Assembly: GCA_003345555.1 (NCBI GenBank)
Contig: PRDJ01000052.1
Span: forward strand, 1 to 24,507
Length of the DNA: 24,507 bases
Origin: Candidatus Thorarchaeota archaeon
Lineage (GTDB): Archaea; Asgardarchaeota; Thorarchaeia; Thorarchaeales; Thorarchaeaceae
Direction: 5' to 3'
The notes under the pieces were generated by a model. That model saw only the letters and a program-made list of their open reading frames with translations, was not told the origin of the DNA and did no database searches. This document shows, one piece after another, positions 16,962 to 24,507 of the stretch. The position numbers and the translations under genes were made by a program. How positions within the stretch are numbered: the first letter of the stretch is position 1; every line of letters starts with the position of its first letter.

Positions 16962-17939
16962 CTACTTCTTCTTTGAAGGAGCGGAAGGTGCAGCTGCTGC
17001 AGGCACGACTCTCGTTCCGGTCTCGCCGTGCAGTGCCTTGGTGATGTTGGGAGGGTCGGTGATTATCGCCAGCTGGCCGCCATTCCTTATGAAGTCGACA
17101 CATGCTTCGATTTTGGGAAGCATGCTGCCTGCGGCGAAGTGACCTTCCTTTATGTATCGTTGGGCCTCACTGACATCCATCTTGTCAATTGCCTTCTGGT
17201 TTGGTTTGCCGAAATTGAGGTAGACCTTTTCCACTGCTGTTGAGATGATCAGCGCGTCAGCATTGAGTCCGCTGGCAAGCAATGCAGAAGCTCTGTCTTT
17301 ATCAATGACTGCCGCTACGCCTTCGAGCTCGCCGTTCGGCTTCCTGATGACCGGGATGCCGCCTCCGCCAACTGCGTAAACAATAATGCCTTGGGCTATC
17401 AGATTCTTAATGACTGGCAGTTCGATGATTTCTTTGGGAATCGGAGACGGGACAACCCTGCGCCATCCTCTTCCAGCATCTTCCTTGATTGCCCATCCTT
17501 CAGTCTGAGCTCGGGACTTCGCTTCTTGTTCTTCTAGGAAAGAGCCAATTGGCTTGTCGGGGTTCTTGAATGCTGGGTCATCGGTATCGACACGAACAAG
17601 CGTGACAACAGTTGAAACTGGCTTCGTCACTCTGCGCTTCTGGAACTCATTGTAAAGTGCTCTCTGAATCATGTAACCGATTGCGCCTTCCGTGTCAGCA
17701 CCACAGTAGTCGAGGGGAACCTCGTGGAGTTCCTTCCTAGAGAGTTCTGACCTTCTTAGGATGAACCCGACCTGGGGACCATTCCCTGAGGTTATCACAA
17801 CATCCCAACCCTCTAGAATCATGTCGGCGATGTGTTTGCACGTTTCTGCGCAAGCTGCATACTGGTCTGGCACAGTCTGATGCTGCTTGTCTTTTATCAA
17901 AGAGTTGCCACCTATGGCAACTACTGCCCTACGGCCCAT
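16962..17939 (-). CDS. arcC: Carbamate kinase
   Basis: VVAIGGNSL, SGNGPQVG, FKNPDKPIG, EDAGRGWRRVVPSP, GGGGIPV, AVIDKD and GSMLPK. Confidence 0.96.
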   Translation of the reverse strand: MGRRAVVAIGGNSLIKDKQHQTVPDQYAACAETCKHIADMILEGWDVVITSGNGPQVGFILRRSELSRKELHEVPLDYCGADTEGAIGYMIQRALYNEFQKRRVTKPVSTVVTLVRVDTDDPAFKNPDKPIGSFLEEQEAKSRAQTEGWAIKEDAGRGWRRVVPSPIPKEIIELPVIKNLIAQGIIVYAVGGGGIPVIRKPNGELEGVAAVIDKDRASALLASGLNADALIISTAVEKVYLNFGKPNQKAIDKMDVSEAQRYIKEGHFAAGSMLPKIEACVDFIRNGGQLAIITDPPNITKALHGETGTRVVPAAAAPSAPSKKK

Positions 17940-18004
17940 CGTTCTCATCTCCCATAAATGGAGAACCAAGCGGTCACTCGTAGGCTAATTAAAGGAAACG
18001 GTAA

Positions 18005-20182
<2,178 letters not shown>

Positions 20183-20198
20183 CCCCCAGAAGCGAAAG

Positions 20199-20276
20199 CG
20201 ATGAAACCGGAAGGATTCATCGTCGGCGGCGAATCTCCCTGACTGAGCACGCTGCGGTTTGTTGTCCGCACTGCTC
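20199..20276. terminator. Two adjacent stem-loops between the convergent ligA and C69 peptidase genes
   Basis: CGATGAA/TTCATCG (20199-20222) and GAGCA-cgc-TGCGG-tttgttgt-CCGCA-c-TGCTC (20245-20276). Terminator function is unproven. Confidence 0.35.
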
Positions 20277-20317
20277 TGCGGAAGGAGAAGAGCGATTTGT
20301 TTCAAGGCTAAGCTAGA

Positions 20318-21598
20318 TCAGTCCGGCGGCAGTCCAGCCTCGGCGTTTCTCATCCTCCAATACTCGAAGTACTCGGAGTCTATGTCAGGTGGGAATCTGG
20401 CCTTCGCTGCTAAACCCTTGTTAAGCTTCTCATGGTTTTGTACGGCCGTCTCTATTCGCTTCATGTCAAGGCGGTCTACAGGCGTCTTGTATATGTCATC
20501 TTGAAGCCTGATTATCTCTGGAAAGGTAAGGCCGTGGGCGCCAAACTTGAGTGCAAGTGAGCGATTAACTCTCTCACGTCGCCACCAGTAGGACCTGTCC
20601 GAGTAATCCTTTTCTCCTACGTCGAAACCCGGGTAGATGTGGGGCATATCGAAGCTGAACGGCCAAAAGATACTCATGCAGGGACTCGACGAGCCCGTGA
20701 ACCAATGGGTTGACTCGCTGTCAATGTCTGATATCTGACTCCCCGTTACCGAGAAGCCGTCATCGGGTCCAGCGTGTCGGCAAATGGGTGTTACTTCCTG
20801 TTTCCACGGTGTCCAACCTTCCGGATGGCTTCTGAGGAGGGCAGCCAAGTTGAAGAAATCAATCCTGCCATTCATCTGCTGAAGATATTCAGTCGAACAG
20901 TGAAGTCTGTCATCACAACGAGTGATGTAGCGTAAGGTCTCGTCTTCGTATGCAGCTGTGAAGTCGAAGTCTTCCTTACTCTCGGTCCAGCCGCTCCGAA
21001 TCGCATGTTCAATCAGGTCTCTACAGGATAGGTCCCAGTGCGTGTGGATTGTATAGCCATTCGAGATTGACCGCACTGAATCGACTTTCTCTGCGACCCA
21101 TCTCCTGTTTGAGGTCTCCAGCACCCAAGCCTCGCTCTTGTCCGCTATCAGGAAGCTATTGTGATACTTGTTGACACCCCCAAACTCGTAAATCCCTCCC
21201 TGACCATGTTTCTCCAAGAGCGACGTGATCACATCAAGAGCTCCCCGAGAAGTCTTCGCCCGTTCAAGACCCAAACGAAGGAGATCCATGCCCAAGAGTC
21301 CAGTATCAGGTACTTGCTCCTTCGAGTAAACCGCCTCGTTGCCAATTGCTACGCCGTGTTCGTTTGCTCCCATTTCTGCGCCCCAAATCCAGTACGGAGA
21401 TGAGAGGAAGATAGCATACGTTTCCTTAGCTTGAGGGATGCCGATGTATGTACATTTCAGAATCCCGCCCTTATCATGCTGGGCTCTCGGCACATACCTA
21501 ATCACTTGTGCTTCATTTGGGGGTCTATCACTGTTCTTTCCGAACAATGTCCTTCCATCGCTCGTACAGTTCGGCAGAGCAACAATCGTGTCGCACAT
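20318..21598 (-). CDS. Peptidase C69 family, secernin-like Ntn hydrolase
   Basis: N-terminal nucleophile MCDTIVALP, FGKNSDRP..E.Q, WGAEMGANEHGVAIGNEA, LLGMDLLRLGLER, GQGG, YHNSFLIAD..EAWVLET and FTGSSSPCMS.F.P. Confidence 0.92.
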   Translation of the reverse strand: MCDTIVALPNCTSDGRTLFGKNSDRPPNEAQVIRYVPRAQHDKGGILKCTYIGIPQAKETYAIFLSSPYWIWGAEMGANEHGVAIGNEAVYSKEQVPDTGLLGMDLLRLGLERAKTSRGALDVITSLLEKHGQGGIYEFGGVNKYHNSFLIADKSEAWVLETSNRRWVAEKVDSVRSISNGYTIHTHWDLSCRDLIEHAIRSGWTESKEDFDFTAAYEDETLRYITRCDDRLHCSTEYLQQMNGRIDFFNLAALLRSHPEGWTPWKQEVTPICRHAGPDDGFSVTGSQISDIDSESTHWFTGSSSPCMSIFWPFSFDMPHIYPGFDVGEKDYSDRSYWWRRERVNRSLALKFGAHGLTFPEIIRLQDDIYKTPVDRLDMKRIETAVQNHEKLNKGLAAKARFPPDIDSEYFEYWRMRNAEAGLPPD

Positions 21599-21619
21599 GC
21601 ACGACGCCCCCGGGCTGGT

Positions 21620-22363
21620 TCACTTTTTCGGCTGCGGTTCGTTGAGCCATTCATCCTCATAATCGACTTCCATATCAGCCGCGTCTGACAAATCCTTCCC
21701 GGTCATCGCATCGACTAGCATCTTACTTCTCAGTACGATGTATTTGCTTTTCTTGCTTAGTGCAGCGACGAATTCCATTGTTTTCGACATCAACTCAGTC
21801 TGCGGAAACACTCTGTCCGCGAGTCCTGTCTGGAGTGCCTCTTGCGCGGAGACCACACGGGTGGTAAGGAGCAGATCCTTCGTCCTAGCTGGACCAACGA
21901 GATGCAGTAGATTCGATGCAGCGCCTGCTCCCGGGAAAACTGAGAGCTCGACCTCCGGGAACCTGAACCCAGCGGTCTCAGAACAAAACCTGAAGTCGCA
22001 GGCCACAGCGACCATTGCACCGAAGCCAACTGCATATCCGTTTATGGCGGCTATCGTGAAGCAACTCTTGGCTTGTCTTATGAGGCGGGTTGTCTTCTCT
22101 AAGAGCTTGAAAAACGAAGTTTTCTCCTGTCCCTTGAGAGATCTTATGGTTTCGAGGTCAAAGCCAGCCGAGAAAGCCTTGTCACCTTCTCCAGTGAAGA
22201 TAATCGTCGTGATGTTAGGGTCGTTTGTCAGATGACCTACGATTTCACTGAATGAAACAAGCATTTGCTTTGTGACAGAATTCAGTTTCTCAGGCCTACA
22301 AATCGTTACAGTCGCCACGGGCTCGGCCCTGTCAACCTTGATTTCTCCGATTGACTGCGTCAC
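21620..22363 (-). CDS. Enoyl-CoA hydratase/isomerase (crotonase) family protein
   Basis: RPEKLNS, FSAGFDL, IAAINGYAVG.G, ACDFR, FPEV.LSVFPG and SAQEAL..GL. Only the second catalytic Glu is present. Confidence 0.93.
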   Translation of the reverse strand: MTQSIGEIKVDRAEPVATVTICRPEKLNSVTKQMLVSFSEIVGHLTNDPNITTIIFTGEGDKAFSAGFDLETIRSLKGQEKTSFFKLLEKTTRLIRQAKSCFTIAAINGYAVGFGAMVAVACDFRFCSETAGFRFPEVELSVFPGAGAASNLLHLVGPARTKDLLLTTRVVSAQEALQTGLADRVFPQTELMSKTMEFVAALSKKSKYIVLRSKMLVDAMTGKDLSDAADMEVDYEDEWLNEPQPKK

Positions 22364-22397
22364 GAGCTAATGGCCGGTGATACGAACATAAATGCTT

Positions 22398-22775
22398 TCA
22401 GGGTCGCTTCTCCGCTTTCTTCTCGCCCTGAGTCTTGCTCTCGTAATCTTCAATCGCCTTTTGAAGAGCCTCGGCCGCAAGATTGCTGCAGTGCATTTTG
22501 TGAGGAGGCAGGCCATCAAGCGCGTCAGCTACCATCTTCCTAGTGATGGTTTTTGCTTCTTCAATTGTCATGCCCATTGCCATTTGCGTGGTCATTGATG
22601 AGGTGGCTATGGCTGCAACGCATCCGAAGGTCTCGACCTTGATGTCGACAATCTTGTCATCCTTGACTTTTATGAAGAGCCTGAGCATGTCGCCACATAC
22701 TGGATTACCCACTGTTCCCACACCATCAGCATCATCGATCCGACCCATGTTCTGCGGGTTCTTGAATTCCCGCAT
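22398..22775 (-). CDS. iscU: IscU/NifU-type Fe-S cluster scaffold (start probably upstream of 22775)
   Basis: NPQNMG, GNPVCGD, FGC..AIA.SS, LDGLPPHKMHCS.LA. All three Cys, the Asp and the His are retained. Confidence 0.95.
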   Translation of the reverse strand: MREFKNPQNMGRIDDADGVGTVGNPVCGDMLRLFIKVKDDKIVDIKVETFGCVAAIATSSMTTQMAMGMTIEEAKTITRKMVADALDGLPPHKMHCSNLAAEALQKAIEDYESKTQGEKKAEKRP

Positions 22776-22859
22776 GACCTTGTCAGTGTACGTTTCTATT
22801 CCTCCAGTAGCTCACACCAAAGCGACTCGGCAATTCCTAGACAGTGACTTCACAAATCG

Positions 22860-24086
22860 CTACCCTAAACTCTGGTCGTCGTCCGAGGAGCTTTCCTGTT
22901 CTTCATGTTTGGCCTCGGACTTGGCCATGAAGTATTCACCCCTCTTGAGCGGGCTGAATTGACGTAAACGGTTAACTATCGGTACTAGCGCCTCGACAAA
23001 CCCATCAATCTGCTCCTTTGTGTTGAAGCGGGATAATGAGACTCTCACTGACCCGTGAGCGATTTCAGGTCTCAAACCGATTGCTTTCAGCACGTGACTC
23101 CCCTGAAGAGTCTTCGAAGAGCATGCGGAGCCCGTTGAGATTGCGTACCCATCCATATCGAGTTCGACGAGCATAGATTCTCCCTCGATTTGTTCCACAA
23201 CCATGCTGAACAGATTTGGTAGCCTCTTCACCGGATGTCCTGTGACTCTGTAATCTTCGAGAGTGGTACTCATCTTCTGCTCTACGTAATGCCTCAACGA
23301 AAGCAGATTGTCCGACTCGTCTTTTCCCCATATCTTCACGGCCTCTGCGAAGCCAACAGCTCCGGGGATGTTCTGGACTCCCGGTCTGAGTCTTCGCTCC
23401 TCGTCCCCGCCCTCCATGATCCTCTCAACTCTCGTGCCCTTCCTCACGAAAAGCGCACCAATTCCTTTGGGACCATGAATCACATGAGCGTCCATTGTCA
23501 TCAGATTGATTGGAACTGCCTGTATGTCGACTGGTATTTTCAGGTAGCTCTGAGTAGCGTCGGTATGAAAGATCACACCACGGGCTGAGGTCATACGTGC
23601 TATTTCTTCGATTGGCTGAACTGTTCCTATCTCACCGTTAGCGTGTTGAATTGATACAAGAATCGTGTCCTTTCTAATCTTCTTCTTCAGCTGACCGACA
23701 TCTACAAGGCCGTTTTCATCCACGTCCAGGATGTCGAGTTCAAACCCGTCCTTCTCAAGAGCCTTACAGGCCTGCAGCACTGACATGACTTCAATGGAGC
23801 TTGTGATTATGTGCTTCCCATGGTCCTTGTTGGCCAGAGCGGCGCCCTGAATAGCCAAGTTGTTCGACTCAGTTTGCCCTGACGTGAAGACAATTGTCAA
23901 TGGATCTGCATTGATGGATTCAGCAATAACCTTCCTCGCATTCTCGAGTCCTTTCATGGCTGCAACGTCACGGGAATGGCCAAGTTCCATCCCTGCGGTT
24001 CCGTAACTTTCCCTGAAGTAGGGTAACATCGCTTCTATGACTCGCTCATCCACTCTTGTGGAGCTGGCATTGTCGAGAAAAGCCAA
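22860..24086 (-). CDS. iscS: IscS/NifS-like cysteine desulfurase homolog with a degenerate PLP site (probable pseudo-desulfurase)
   Basis: LDNASST, FTSG.TESNNLA, FHTDATQ, HGPKGIGAL, STGSACSS and SVRVSLSR. TTG start at 24086 one base after the HTH stop, with GGAGG RBS; the ORF-track start at 24155 overlaps the HTH gene. Confidence 0.9.
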   Translation of the reverse strand: MAFLDNASSTRVDERVIEAMLPYFRESYGTAGMELGHSRDVAAMKGLENARKVIAESINADPLTIVFTSGQTESNNLAIQGAALANKDHGKHIITSSIEVMSVLQACKALEKDGFELDILDVDENGLVDVGQLKKKIRKDTILVSIQHANGEIGTVQPIEEIARMTSARGVIFHTDATQSYLKIPVDIQAVPINLMTMDAHVIHGPKGIGALFVRKGTRVERIMEGGDEERRLRPGVQNIPGAVGFAEAVKIWGKDESDNLLSLRHYVEQKMSTTLEDYRVTGHPVKRLPNLFSMVVEQIEGESMLVELDMDGYAISTGSACSSKTLQGSHVLKAIGLRPEIAHGSVRVSLSRFNTKEQIDGFVEALVPIVNRLRQFSPLKRGEYFMAKSEAKHEEQESSSDDDQSLG

Positions 24087-24087
24087 G

Positions 24088-24489
24088 TTATCTTCCTCCG
24101 TCTTTGCATGCTCGACACTCCTCCTCCACTTGTTTGCACTGTCCTCGGTGGACATCGCACATGATTCCTGCGTCTCTCATGGCTTTGATGAGTCGATTTA
24201 CTTCCTTCGTCATGAGTTGGTATACGTATTTGTCCGGCTGTCTAGCCTGCCACGCCTTTATCATGGAGTCGACTGATTTCTCAATTTCTGGGATGAAAGA
24301 ACTCGGTATCTCGATAACATCGCCCCGAGATCTCTTGGACTTGGCTAGCTTGTACTGGGTGACCGCCGGTTCAGTAACTCCAAGAATGCCTGCTATATCC
24401 TTCTGGGGTATGCCCTTCTTTATCATCAAGCGCGCCATCTCTCTTCGAAGAGATGGGAGAACATACCATACCTCCAACTCCTGGGGCAT
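24088..24489 (-). CDS. Archaeal HTH transcriptional regulator (COG2522-like) with a C-terminal Cys/His cluster
   Basis: PQELEVWYVLPSLRREMA, HTH IPQKDIAGILGVTEPAVTQY and C-terminal CDVH...C......CRAC. The frame is open to the window edge, so the start could be slightly further upstream. Confidence 0.85.
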   Translation of the reverse strand: MPQELEVWYVLPSLRREMARLMIKKGIPQKDIAGILGVTEPAVTQYKLAKSKRSRGDVIEIPSSFIPEIEKSVDSMIKAWQARQPDKYVYQLMTKEVNRLIKAMRDAGIMCDVHRGQCKQVEEECRACKDGGR

Positions 24490-24507
24490 GAGCCATGTTC
24501 TCTGCTT

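Noticed and set aside
20199-20222. ATGA...GA hairpin resembling a SECIS core
   Set aside because: The stem is too short for a kink-turn SECIS, and neither flanking gene contains an in-frame TGA.
21620-22363. Crotonase lacking the first catalytic Glu (GFGAM instead of GGGxE)
   Set aside because: Single-Glu members are common in this superfamily (isomerases and others), so this is not unusual.
22812-22814. In-frame TGA upstream of iscU read as selenocysteine
   Set aside because: It would sit at residue 2, a non-catalytic position, and I see no SECIS-like hairpin in the 34-nt 3' spacer. An indel or alternative start is simpler.
24087-24155. ORF-track N-terminal extension of iscS overlapping the HTH gene by 68 nt
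   Set aside because: A GGAGG plus TTG at 24086 sits right after the HTH stop and just before the conserved LDNA motif.

Overview
Gene-dense archaeal chromosomal window. Evidence for archaeal origin: GGAGG/GGTGA ribosome-binding sites, TATA-like boxes, type-2 IPP isomerase, ADP-forming acyl-CoA synthetase alpha subunit and a COG2522-like HTH. An Asgard/Thorarchaeia-like source is plausible but is inference only. There are about 25 coding regions, mostly metabolic or housekeeping: amidohydrolase, HDAC/AcuC, fni, acdA-like, RidA, carbamate kinase, NAD-dependent LigA, secernin-like C69 peptidase and a crotonase. I found no rRNA, tRNA, CRISPR array or mobile element. Two loci stand out. (1) A tightly spaced minus-strand three-gene unit (13486 to 8305) encodes an 896-aa all-helical protein with a ~65-70 aa periodicity, a divergent tubulin/FtsZ-superfamily GTPase with a ~40-aa insertion, and an unknown 356-aa helical protein; it is a candidate uncharacterised cytoskeletal system. 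(2) An HTH-iscS-iscU operon encodes an IscS homolog that has lost the PLP Schiff-base Lys, the PLP-stacking His and several other pocket residues but keeps the GSAC cysteine loop and the IscU-facing surface; it is a candidate PLP-independent Fe-S assembly module. Smaller observations include an orphan CruF-like hydratase with an adjacent wHTH gene and palindrome, a bacterial-type LigA, a triple SUOX-fold surface glycoprotein, and a frameshifted transporter remnant. All family calls come from motif recognition by eye; no database search was run.
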